NCBI GenBank assembly: GCA_963813535.1
Contig: CAWEZH010000002.1
Span: forward strand, 1,952,001-2,016,000
Length of the DNA: 64,000 nucleotides
Direction of reading: 5' to 3'
Source of the DNA: an uncultured Chloroflexia bacterium
Lineage (GTDB): Bacteria; Chloroflexota; Limnocylindria; Limnocylindrales; CSP1-4
Position numbers and translations under genes: made by a program. Shown here piece after piece: positions 51,545-60,340 of the stretch (positions are counted from its first letter, which is position 1; every line of letters starts with the position of its first letter). The notes below the pieces were generated by a model, which saw only the letters and a list, made by a program, of their open reading frames with translations, made no database searches and was not told the DNA's origin.

Positions 51545-52791
51545 GCCGGGGCCGACACCGGCGTCGCGACATCGACGTCCGGACCCTTGCGCCGGATCGC
51601 GAGGGCGGCGAAGCCCGCGACGATCGCGATCCATCCGGCCGCGACGAACGCGACGGCGTAGTCCCCGACGTTCTCGCGGACGACGCCCGCCACCCAGGCG
51701 GCGATCGCGGCCCCGATCATGTGCGAGGCGAACACCCAGCCATACACGACACCGACGTTGTGCTGCCCGAATTGGTCCGCGACCAGCGCGACCGTGGGCG
51801 GGACGGTCGCGATGTAGTCGAGCCCGAACAGGATCGCGAACGCCGCGATCGTCATCGTGTCGTGGACGAACGGCAGGAAGAGCAGGCTGACGCCCCGGAA
51901 GCTGTAGTAGACGAGCAGGAGCCGGCGCGGGTCGACGCGATCGGTCAACCAGCCACTCGAGATCGTACCGATGAAGTTGAAGACGCCCATGACGGCCAGC
52001 GCCGTCGAGGCGGCGACCGGCGTGAACCCGTGGTCGACCGCATGCGGGATGAAGTGCTGGCCGACCAGACCGTTCGATGTCGCGCCGCAGATGAAGAACG
52101 TCCCGGCCAGGAACCAGAAGTCGGAGGTGCGGACGGCTCGGCCCATGACACCCCGGTCGGGTGGTCGGACGTGGGCGATCTCGCCGTCGGTCGCGCCACG
52201 CGGTCGTTCGCCGACATCGGCTGGGTCGTTCCGAAGCCAGATCAGCACCGGGATGAGGAGCAGCAGCGAGATCACCCCGAGCACGATCGCGCCGGTCCGC
52301 CACCCGACAGCGACAGCGAGCCCCGTCAGCAGCGGGAAGAACACGAGCTGGCCCGCGCTGTTGCTTGCCCCGAAGAGGCCGACGACGAGACCACGATCCT
52401 TCACGAACCAGCGCGTCGCGACCGTCGGGCCGAGGACGCTGGCAACGAGACCCGTGCCGAGCCCGGATACCAGGCCGAACAACAGCGTGAGCTGCCAGAT
52501 CTCGCGGGTGAAGCTGGTCGCGATCAGCGCTGCGCCCGTCACCGCGAGACTCAGGAGCACGACGTTCTTGACGCCGATCCGACCCATCAGCCAGCCGCTC
52601 AGGGGACCGGCGAGGCCGAACACGATCAGGCCGGCAGCGGCCGCGAACGACACCGACGCGGTCGACCAGCCCGGCTCTTCGGTCATGGACAGCAGGAACG
52701 CGCCCGGCGCGGATCGGACGCCGGCTGTGACCAGGACGACGATCGCCGTGACGGTGACGACGATCCAGCCGTAGAAGATCGCGCGACGCAT
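51541..52791 (-). CDS. MFS transporter
   Basis: YGWIVV, GWLMGRIG, RWFVKDRGL, GWLTDRVDPR; about 12 TM. Confidence 0.93.
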   Translation of the reverse strand: MRRAIFYGWIVVTVTAIVVLVTAGVRSAPGAFLLSMTEEPGWSTASVSFAAAAGLIVFGLAGPLSGWLMGRIGVKNVVLLSLAVTGAALIATSFTREIWQLTLLFGLVSGLGTGLVASVLGPTVATRWFVKDRGLVVGLFGASNSAGQLVFFPLLTGLAVAVGWRTGAIVLGVISLLLLIPVLIWLRNDPADVGERPRGATDGEIAHVRPPDRGVMGRAVRTSDFWFLAGTFFICGATSNGLVGQHFIPHAVDHGFTPVAASTALAVMGVFNFIGTISSGWLTDRVDPRRLLLVYYSFRGVSLLFLPFVHDTMTIAAFAILFGLDYIATVPPTVALVADQFGQHNVGVVYGWVFASHMIGAAIAAWVAGVVRENVGDYAVAFVAAGWIAIVAGFAALAIRRKGPDVDVATPVSAPA

Positions 52792-52948
52792 CCGCGGATG
52801 CTACCGCGCGTCGAGCCCGAGGCGCCTCGCGGTCAGCCGGTCGGGTCCGGGGTGGGCCCGGGGGTCGGGTCGAGCAAGTCCCGGCTGGGCTTGCGTCGCT
52901 TATTGCTCACGCCGGGCCCAGACCAGCCGTGCGCGTCGGCATCCGGTC

Positions 52949-52991
52949 GACGCGGGACCGGGCGTCGCCTCGACGAGCCCGGACCCGCGTC
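52949..52991 (-). terminator. Long GC stem-loop downstream of the SHOCT gene
   Basis: GACGCGGG-A-CCGGGC-GTCG..CGAC..GCCCGG-A-CCCGCGTC. Confidence 0.55.
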
Positions 52992-53018
52992 ACCACGATG
53001 TGGTCGGGATGGCCTTGG

Positions 53019-53312
53019 TCAGATCCCCAGCGCCTTGGCCTTGGCGGCTGCGAACTCCTCGTCGGTCAGCACGCCCGATGCGTGCAGCTGCGCGAGCTGC
53101 TCGATCTGGGCCGTGGTCGGATCCACGGCGGGAGCGGGCGCCGCTGGGGGCGGGGCGTAGGCCGCTGCAGCCTGTTCCTGCTCGTAGGCCTGTGCCTCGG
53201 CCTGACTCTGGTACTTCTGCTCCTGGTGGTGGCGGACCGCGCCGGCGGTACCGGCTACCACGGCGGTCGTCGCGGCCGCACGGATCAGGCCGCCTCGGCG
53301 TCGTCTCATCAT
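53019..53312 (-). CDS. SHOCT domain protein
   Basis: TAVVAGTA N-terminal motif; QIEQLAQLHASGVLTDEEFAAAKAKALG; AAGGAG RBS. Confidence 0.92.
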   Translation of the reverse strand: MMRRRRGGLIRAAATTAVVAGTAGAVRHHQEQKYQSQAEAQAYEQEQAAAAYAPPPAAPAPAVDPTTAQIEQLAQLHASGVLTDEEFAAAKAKALGI

Positions 53313-53358
53313 TCTGGGTCGCTCCTTTTCGATGTCTCGCGTGCTGAGCCGATCACCA

Positions 53359-53778
53359 TCAGGCGACCGTGGACATGGCCTCCTCGACGAGCTGGGCCGG
53401 GATCCGGCCATTCGCGATGAGGATCCCGTCGGCGTTGCGCAGCGATTCGGCGAACTTCGCCGCCCACACGTTCTCCCAGATCATGAGCCCGGCGGTGCTG
53501 TTCGGGTCCAGGGCGGCGCCGATCTCCTCGACGTCCTCCTGGCCGAGCAGCCTCGTCCCTTTGACGCCGAGGACGGCGAGTGTGGCGGCCTCTTCGGGGC
53601 TCGCTTCGGACAGCTCGATGGCGGTCACGTTTCCGTCACCGTCTTTGCTGATGATCACCAGGTCGAGGACCTGGATCGTTCCCGAGTCCTGTAGCGCCTT
53701 GATCGCCGGAACGATCTCGCCCGAGAACTTGTTCCCCGGAAACGCGATGGCGATGTATTCGACCGGACCGATGCTCAT
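53359..53778 (-). CDS. DUF6325-like family protein
   Basis: GPVEYIAIAFPG, IQVLDLVIISKD, WENVWA, GRIP; usual SHOCT partner. Confidence 0.82.
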   Translation of the reverse strand: MSIGPVEYIAIAFPGNKFSGEIVPAIKALQDSGTIQVLDLVIISKDGDGNVTAIELSEASPEEAATLAVLGVKGTRLLGQEDVEEIGAALDPNSTAGLMIWENVWAAKFAESLRNADGILIANGRIPAQLVEEAMSTVA

Positions 53779-53938
53779 GCCCTGACTCCTTCGACGTGAT
53801 CCCTCAGTTCCGTCGGCAGCATCTGTCGATCAGCCGTTGGGATGCATCACCCTATCGGACCCGGAGGCGCGCAGTCCATCGTGACGGCACGACTTCATCC
53901 GATCGTCGCTCGTCGCCGCGATCCGCCGATAGTGACGG

Positions 53939-55507
53939 CTAGAGCAGTTCTCCGTGGGCCGATCCGGTCGGCTCGCCCTCACGCGGTCGGGGTTCCTCGC
54001 CGGGACCGAAGTCGGCCTTCGACTCGTCGCCGTTGCCCGACTCGAGAACCTTCAATGGCGCTCCGGCCTGGCCCTCGATCGCCCCGACCCCGAAGGGCAC
54101 CCACTTCGACGGGTCCTGCAATCGATGCGCCTCGGTGTTGCCGCGCGCATGGACCTCATCGAAGCCCTTCGGCTCGATCCACATCCGTTCGCCCTCCAGC
54201 AGGCCGAGCACGCCGGACTGGCCGGGCTCAGGCCGTTCGTGCTGGCAATAGGCGCACGAGGCCGTGTCGTGCTTGCGGTAGGTCTCGGGCTCCTCGTACG
54301 TCGTGATGTAGCCCTCGTAGTTGCGCAGGACGACCTTGTGGTCCGAGTACGAGATCAGGTAGTTCGGCATGACCGGGATCTTGCCGCCGCCGCCGGGCGC
54401 GTCGATCACGAAGGTCGGTACCGCGTAGCCCGACGTATGCCCGCGCAGACCCTCCATGATCTCGAGTCCCTTACCGACCGGCGTCCGGAAATGCCCCGAG
54501 CCCTCGACCAGGTCGCACTGGTACAGGTAGTAGGGCCGGATCCGGTTCGCAACGAGCTGGTGCACGAGCGCGCGCTGGATGTGGACGCAGTCGTTGACGC
54601 CGGCAAGCAGCACGCTCTGGTTGCCGACCGGCAGCCCCGCCTTCGACAGCTTGTCGACCGCGCGGGATACCTCCGGGGTGATCTCGTTGGGATGGTTGAA
54701 GTGGAGGTTGATCCACAGCGGGTGGTACTTCTCGAGCATCTCGCAGAGCTCGTCGTCGATGCGCTGCGGCAGGAAGACCGGCACCCTCGAGCCGATCCGG
54801 ATGATCTCGATGTGGGGGATCTCGCGCAGACCGCGCAGGATCGATTCGAACAGCTTCGGGGCGAGGGTCAGGCCGTCGCCGCCGGAGATCAGCACGTCAC
54901 GGACCTGCGGCGTCCGGCGCAGGTACTCGAGCTGCGCCTCGTGGTCCTTGCGGTTGAAGTTCTGGGTCGGGTCGCCGACGATCCGCGACCGCGTGCAGTA
55001 CCGGCAGTACGAGGCGCACTGGGTGGTCACGAGCATCAGCACCCGGTCCGGGTAGCGGTGGACCAACCCGGGCACCGGCGAGTGGCGATCCTCGGCGAGC
55101 GAGTCCTCCATCATCGCGGTGAAGGCCTCGTGCTCGCTGCCGGTCGGGATGACCTGACGGCGGATCGGGTCGTTCGGGTCCTTCGGATCGATCAGGCTGA
55201 TGAAGTAGGGCGTGATGTCGACGCGGAACTTGTCAGGCGCCGATAGCCCCTCGCGCTCCTCGTCGGTCAGCTCGAGGATCCGTTCGATCTCCTCGAGGTC
55301 GTTGACCCGGTTCGACAGCTGCCAGCGCCAGTCGTTCCACTTCTCGTCGGGCACATCCTCGTAGATCGGGGCGCGCCGGCTGACCGCCGGACGACCGTCC
55401 GGGCCGAGCGCTCGAGCCGGGTCGGACATGTTGACGAACGGCGCCTCGGCGGCCGCCTTCGCCGCTGCCTGGTGCGCGACCGCGGTCTTGATCTCCTGGG
55501 CGTCCAA
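53939..55507 (-). CDS. kamA: Lysine 2,3-aminomutase (KamA radical SAM/PLP)
   Basis: WNDWRWQ, HRYPDRVL, CASYCRYCTR, HFNHPNE, NQSVLL, DAPGGGGKIP (PLP Lys), RNYEG, CAYC; start at TTG 55507 (GGAG RBS) or ATG 55546. Confidence 0.92.
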   Translation of the reverse strand: MDAQEIKTAVAHQAAAKAAAEAPFVNMSDPARALGPDGRPAVSRRAPIYEDVPDEKWNDWRWQLSNRVNDLEEIERILELTDEEREGLSAPDKFRVDITPYFISLIDPKDPNDPIRRQVIPTGSEHEAFTAMMEDSLAEDRHSPVPGLVHRYPDRVLMLVTTQCASYCRYCTRSRIVGDPTQNFNRKDHEAQLEYLRRTPQVRDVLISGGDGLTLAPKLFESILRGLREIPHIEIIRIGSRVPVFLPQRIDDELCEMLEKYHPLWINLHFNHPNEITPEVSRAVDKLSKAGLPVGNQSVLLAGVNDCVHIQRALVHQLVANRIRPYYLYQCDLVEGSGHFRTPVGKGLEIMEGLRGHTSGYAVPTFVIDAPGGGGKIPVMPNYLISYSDHKVVLRNYEGYITTYEEPETYRKHDTASCAYCQHERPEPGQSGVLGLLEGERMWIEPKGFDEVHARGNTEAHRLQDPSKWVPFGVGAIEGQAGAPLKVLESGNGDESKADFGPGEEPRPREGEPTGSAHGELL

Positions 55508-55541
55508 CCGGCTCCGACCTCCGCGTGGGTGGTGGCAGCGA

Positions 55542-55558
55542 TGCATAGAGTCTATGCA
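55542..55558. promoter_or_regulatory. Perfect 8-1-8 palindrome over the kamA promoter
   Basis: TGCATAGA-G-TCTATGCA; AT-rich; contains minus-strand TAGACT -10-like hexamer. Confidence 0.7.
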
Positions 55559-55628
55559 CTCTGCAAGTCGCCGGATGATAGCGCCAGCCGGTCACACCGG
55601 TCCAGCGCCCGATGGTCCCGTCGGGCCG

Positions 55629-57653
55629 CTACTCGCGCAGGGCACCGATGAGGTCGCTGTACCGATCGGTCCAGGGCCGCCGGCCGTCCGCATGGGCGGT
55701 CCGCCAGCGATCGCCCTCGACCAGGTCGGCCAGGTCCGCGAACGACCGGCCGACGATCACCCATTGCGACGGGTCGGCCAGGTCCGTGAGCTCCGGCGGT
55801 GGCAGATCGCTCCCGATGATCGACACGAACCCCAGCTCTCGCGCTGCCGCGGCCACGATCGGCTCGAGATCGAGGAAACGGTTCGAGATGTGGACCGCGG
55901 TGACGCCGCCCGGTGCGACCGTCCGCATCGACGTCGCCAGCGACTCCACCGTGAGCAGGTGGACGGGCACGGCATCGGATGAGAACGCGTCCAGAACGAG
56001 CAGGTCGAATGCCTCCGACGGCGTCGACTCGAGGCCGAGCCGCCCGTCCTCGACTGCGACGTCGATCGACGCGGGCGAGTCGGCGAGGAACGTGAAGCTC
56101 GCCGGGTCCCGGGCGATGGAGACGACCGTCGGGTCGATCTCGAAGAACCGATACGTGTCTGACACTCGTCCGTAGCCTGCGATCGCGCCCGCCCCCAGAC
56201 CGACAGCCCCGATCCGGAGCGCGGGATGCTCCGCCTGGAGTGACTCGATCACCTCGCCGAGTGGCCCCGCCCGGTGGTAATAGCTCAGCGGCTCGCCCGC
56301 GTACGGCCCGGAGAACGTCTCGCGGCCGTGGATCGTCGTGCCCGAGAACAGGACGTGCAGCCCCGGCTTTGGCTGGTCCACGCGGTAGGCGCCGTAGAAG
56401 CTCCGGTCGAGGCGGATCAATGTCGGAGCGCCGCCCACGCCGAGGGTCACGGCGATCACGATCGCGACGAGCGCCGGGATACTAGCGAGCGTCTGCCATC
56501 CGGGGCGAGAGACGAGCAGGACCGCCACGGCGAGCACGATGAGACCCTCGATGGGGACGCGGAACACGAGAGGGGCCAGGACGCCGGCAGCGACACCGCC
56601 GACCGCACCCCCGAGCGCGACCAGCAGCGTGTACCCCGTCAGGTAGCTCGGGCTCGGGCGATCGGCCGCGAGGCGACCGTGCAGCGCAAGTCCGGCGGCG
56701 CCGAGCGTCGCGAGCAGCAGCGCGATCGACGGGCCGATCGCGAGGTCGATCACACCGAGCTTGCGGAGCGCAACCGCCAAGGCGAGGGGCAGCAGGGCGA
56801 TGGCCCCGACACGCGCCCCGATGGGCTCGGTCCGCGCGTACGCGAGGATCAGCGTCGCCAGATACACGACCAATGGCCCGATCCACAGGAACGGCACCGC
56901 TGCGACATCCGTCGATATGTCGGTCGTCACGCCGATGAGCAGCGCAGCGGGCACGGCAGCCAGGACGATCCACCACGCTCGGCGCAGCGCGTCCGGTACG
57001 GGGGCTCCGCCACCGACCGGCTCCTCGACTGGGCGGCCCTTGCGACGGACGACCCAGGCGGTGCCAGCCGCTGCCACGACGAACAGCGCGAACCCGATCG
57101 ACCACCAGCGCGCCTGGTCGGGCAGGTCGAGGTTGGGTTCGACCAGCGTCGGATAGGCGACGAGGCCGACGAGACTGCCCAGATTCGATGCGGCGAAGAG
57201 TCGATATGGCTCATCGCCACCGGGCAATGACGCGAACCAGCGCTGGGTCGTCGGGCTCGCGCTGGACAGCGCGAAGAACGGCAGACCCACCATGGCGGTG
57301 AGGACGAGCAGAAGCCAGAGGGTGGTCGGTGCGCCCTCCGGCGGCCGCGCGAACGAGGGCACCGCCAGGGGCGCTACGAGCAGGAGGGCGAGAGCGATCA
57401 CGCCCAGCGCGACCTGCGCAACGGTATGCCGATGCAGCCCGAAGCGCGAAGAGGTGACATGGGCCCACGCGTAGCCCGCCAGGAGCGTCGTCTGGAAGAA
57501 CACCAGCGCGGTGGTCCAGACCGCACTCGTCCCGCCGTAGGTCGGGAGCAGCGAACGCGCGACGAGGGGTTCGACCAGGAATGCGAGCGCCGCCGCGAGG
57601 AACGCGACGGCGACGAAGAGGGCAGCCTCCGCTACGGGAACCCTCGGAGCTAT
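55629..57653 (-). CDS. Fused multi-TM / spermidine-synthase-like SAM-dependent transferase (start uncertain)
   Basis: LLPTYGGTSAVWTT..FFQ..LLAGY, PYRLFAASNLGS, GTTIHG, VGLGAG, FEIDP, LDAFSSDAVPVHLLT, WTDRYS. Confidence 0.88.
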   Translation of the reverse strand: MAPRVPVAEAALFVAVAFLAAALAFLVEPLVARSLLPTYGGTSAVWTTALVFFQTTLLAGYAWAHVTSSRFGLHRHTVAQVALGVIALALLLVAPLAVPSFARPPEGAPTTLWLLLVLTAMVGLPFFALSSASPTTQRWFASLPGGDEPYRLFAASNLGSLVGLVAYPTLVEPNLDLPDQARWWSIGFALFVVAAAGTAWVVRRKGRPVEEPVGGGAPVPDALRRAWWIVLAAVPAALLIGVTTDISTDVAAVPFLWIGPLVVYLATLILAYARTEPIGARVGAIALLPLALAVALRKLGVIDLAIGPSIALLLATLGAAGLALHGRLAADRPSPSYLTGYTLLVALGGAVGGVAAGVLAPLVFRVPIEGLIVLAVAVLLVSRPGWQTLASIPALVAIVIAVTLGVGGAPTLIRLDRSFYGAYRVDQPKPGLHVLFSGTTIHGRETFSGPYAGEPLSYYHRAGPLGEVIESLQAEHPALRIGAVGLGAGAIAGYGRVSDTYRFFEIDPTVVSIARDPASFTFLADSPASIDVAVEDGRLGLESTPSEAFDLLVLDAFSSDAVPVHLLTVESLATSMRTVAPGGVTAVHISNRFLDLEPIVAAAARELGFVSIIGSDLPPPELTDLADPSQWVIVGRSFADLADLVEGDRWRTAHADGRRPWTDRYSDLIGALRE

Positions 57654-57970
57654 TCCCCGATCACCGACCAGAGCAGGCCCATCATGATGAAGAAGCCACT
57701 GAACAGGGCGATCAGGCCGAGGCCGCCGTACGGCGTACTCGCCCCGACATGCGGCACGAGCTGCAGGACGATCCCGAAGCCGAGTGCCCACGCGATGAAC
57801 AGCAGGGTGAACAGGAACTTCGCGTTCGGATTGGTGACTCGGCGGACCCAGCGGGCCCCGCCCTCGCTCGACAGCGCGGCCTTCAGGATGATCACGATCA
57901 TCAGCGTGACGACGGCGATGCTGATGCCGAATGGGATGGGCTGCTGGAAGGCCACGAGGAACAGCTGCAT
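57650..57970 (-). CDS. Small three-TM membrane protein
   Basis: Three hydrophobic segments; TAGCAT 9 nt upstream of ATG. Confidence 0.72.
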   Translation of the reverse strand: MQLFLVAFQQPIPFGISIAVVTLMIVIILKAALSSEGGARWVRRVTNPNAKFLFTLLFIAWALGFGIVLQLVPHVGASTPYGGLGLIALFSGFFIMMGLLWSVIGE

Positions 57971-58060
57971 CGTGCCGCGATGCTAGCAGAAGCCCGCTCG
58001 TCGAAGATGGCCAGCGGCGATCCGGGCCTCCTCGCCCGCGCCCGCATACGATGACCGCTG

Positions 58061-60340
58061 ATGGCTCCCTTCGATCGACTCGGCCGGTTCGTCGTGCGCC
58101 GCGCGCGGTTCGTCGTCGCAGCGTGGGGGATCCTCATCCTCGTCGCCCTGCCGTTCGCACCGCAGGTCCCGAGCGCGCTCCGCGCTGGCGGCTTCATCCG
58201 CGACGACCTCGAGTCGGCCCGCGCGAAGGCCCTCCTGGAACAGGAGCTCGGGACGCCGCCTTCGGCATTGGTGATCGCGTTCCATAGCGACACGCTCGTC
58301 GCCGGGACGCCCGAGTTCGAGACTCCTGCCGCGGCAGCCATGCGGGATGTCCCGACCGCCCCGCACGTCGCCCGGGTCATCTCCCACACGCTCCAGCCAC
58401 GGCAGGTCTCGGCCGACCGGCACACGGCATACGACATCGTCTTGCTCGACCTGCCCGCGGACGAATCGCCCGAGGCCTTGCCGATCCTTCGCGAGCGGCT
58501 CCACGAGGCACCGGGCCTGACCGTCGAGCTTGCCGGTGGTCCCGCCTTCTACGGCGATGTCCAGAGCGTCAGCGAGCGGGACCTCCAGCGCAGCGAGATC
58601 ATCTCGTTGCCGCTGGCCGCGCTGGCGCTCCTCATCGTGTTCGGGTCGGTCGTCGCGGCGGGCGTCCCGCTGGTCGTCGGCGGCACCAGTGTGCTGATCG
58701 CGCTCGGGGCGATCTTCCTCGTCGCGCAGGTCACCCCGATGAGCATCTTCGTCCTCAACCTCGCGACGCTGCTCGGGCTCGGCCTCGGTGTCGACTATTC
58801 GCTGCTGCTCACCAGTCGATTCCGGGAAGAGCTCGCCAAGCGCCCGACCGACGAGCCAGACCGGGTGGGCGAGGCCGTCCGGATCACAGTCGCGACGGGC
58901 GGGCGGGCAGTGTTCTTCAGCGGGCTGACCGTGCTCCTGGGCTTGCTCGGGCTGGTGCTCTTCGAGTTCATGATCCTGCGCTCGGTCGGGCTCGCGGGAG
59001 CGGTCGTCGTCGGCTTCGCCGTCCTCGCCGCGCTGACCCTCTTGCCGGCGCTGCTGGCGGTCTTCGGCCAGCACCTCGATCGGATGGCTATCCGGCGCGT
59101 CCCCACGGGGCCCGCCGCCGAGGGGTCGTGGGCGCGGCTCGCGCGCTGGGTCATGCGCCATCCGGTGGGGGTGCTCATCCCGACGCTCGCCTTCCTCTTG
59201 CTCCTTGGGTACCCGTTCCTGCACGTCCGGTTCAACTCGCCGGACGCGAGCATCCTGCCGGCCGAGCTGCCGTCTCGCGCCGCCTTCGACCGGCTTCGCG
59301 ACGCGTTCGGCGAGGGCGAATTCGCACCGATCGCCATCGCGGTCCGAACCGACGGACCGGCCGTCGCGTCCGGGAACCTCGCCGCGTTGTACGACTATTC
59401 GCGTCGGATCGCCGCGGATCCGCGGGTCACGCGCGTCGACAGCCTGGTCGACGTCGACCCGCGCATGACGCTCCCGCAGTACCAGCTGCTCTACGCCGAC
59501 CCGAACGGGCCCCGCGACCGGTTCACCGCGACCGTCCTTGCCGCCACGACCAAGGTTGACCTGACCGCCCTGACGATCACGACGCCCTTCGGGCCGAATC
59601 GCGACGAGGGCCGGGCACTCGTCCGCGAGCTCCGTGCCGCGACTGGACCCCTCGCGGCACCCGACGGCATGACGATCCTCGTCGGCGGTGGTGCCGCCGA
59701 TGTCGCAGACGTGGTCGATGGCGTCGCGGCCGACTTCCCGCGTACCGCCTTGTTCATCATCGTGACGACCTACATCGTGCTGTTCGCCCTCCTTCGCTCG
59801 GTCGTCCTTCCGGTCAAGGCGCTCGTCCTCAATGCCTTGTCCCTGACGGCAAGCTTCGGCGCCCTCGTCTGGATCTTCCAGGACGGCAACCTCTCAGCGC
59901 CGCTCGGGTTCCAGCCGGTGGGGTTCGTCGAGACCACGCAACCCGTGATCCTGTTCTGCGTGCTCTTCGGCCTCTCGATGGACTACGAGGTCTTCCTGCT
60001 GTCGCGGATGAAGGAGGTCTGGGACACGACCGGTGACAACACGGAGGCCGTCGCCCGCGGTCTTGAGCGCAGCGGGCGGATCGTGACGTCGGCCGCGCTG
60101 ATCGTGGTTGTCGTCGCCGGATCGTTCGCCTTCGCGGACATCGTCCTGATCAAGGCGCTCGGGCTTGGTGTCGCGATCGCGGTGGCCTTGGACGCGACCG
60201 TCGTCCGCGCGCTGTTGGTCCCATCGACGATGCGACTCCTCGGTCGCTGGAATTGGTGGATGCCCGCGACACTCGAGCGCTTCCTGGCCAACCGACTGCC
60301 GGCATCCGAAGCCGAGACCGAAGCGGCGGCGGCCCGGTGA
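58061..60340 (+). CDS. MMPL (RND superfamily) transporter
   Basis: GLGVDYSLLLTSRFREE, GRAVFFSGLTV, FGLSMDYEVFLLSR, LGRWNWW. Confidence 0.95.
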   Translation: MAPFDRLGRFVVRRARFVVAAWGILILVALPFAPQVPSALRAGGFIRDDLESARAKALLEQELGTPPSALVIAFHSDTLVAGTPEFETPAAAAMRDVPTAPHVARVISHTLQPRQVSADRHTAYDIVLLDLPADESPEALPILRERLHEAPGLTVELAGGPAFYGDVQSVSERDLQRSEIISLPLAALALLIVFGSVVAAGVPLVVGGTSVLIALGAIFLVAQVTPMSIFVLNLATLLGLGLGVDYSLLLTSRFREELAKRPTDEPDRVGEAVRITVATGGRAVFFSGLTVLLGLLGLVLFEFMILRSVGLAGAVVVGFAVLAALTLLPALLAVFGQHLDRMAIRRVPTGPAAEGSWARLARWVMRHPVGVLIPTLAFLLLLGYPFLHVRFNSPDASILPAELPSRAAFDRLRDAFGEGEFAPIAIAVRTDGPAVASGNLAALYDYSRRIAADPRVTRVDSLVDVDPRMTLPQYQLLYADPNGPRDRFTATVLAATTKVDLTALTITTPFGPNRDEGRALVRELRAATGPLAAPDGMTILVGGGAADVADVVDGVAADFPRTALFIIVTTYIVLFALLRSVVLPVKALVLNALSLTASFGALVWIFQDGNLSAPLGFQPVGFVETTQPVILFCVLFGLSMDYEVFLLSRMKEVWDTTGDNTEAVARGLERSGRIVTSAALIVVVVAGSFAFADIVLIKALGLGVAIAVALDATVVRALLVPSTMRLLGRWNWWMPATLERFLANRLPASEAETEAAAAR

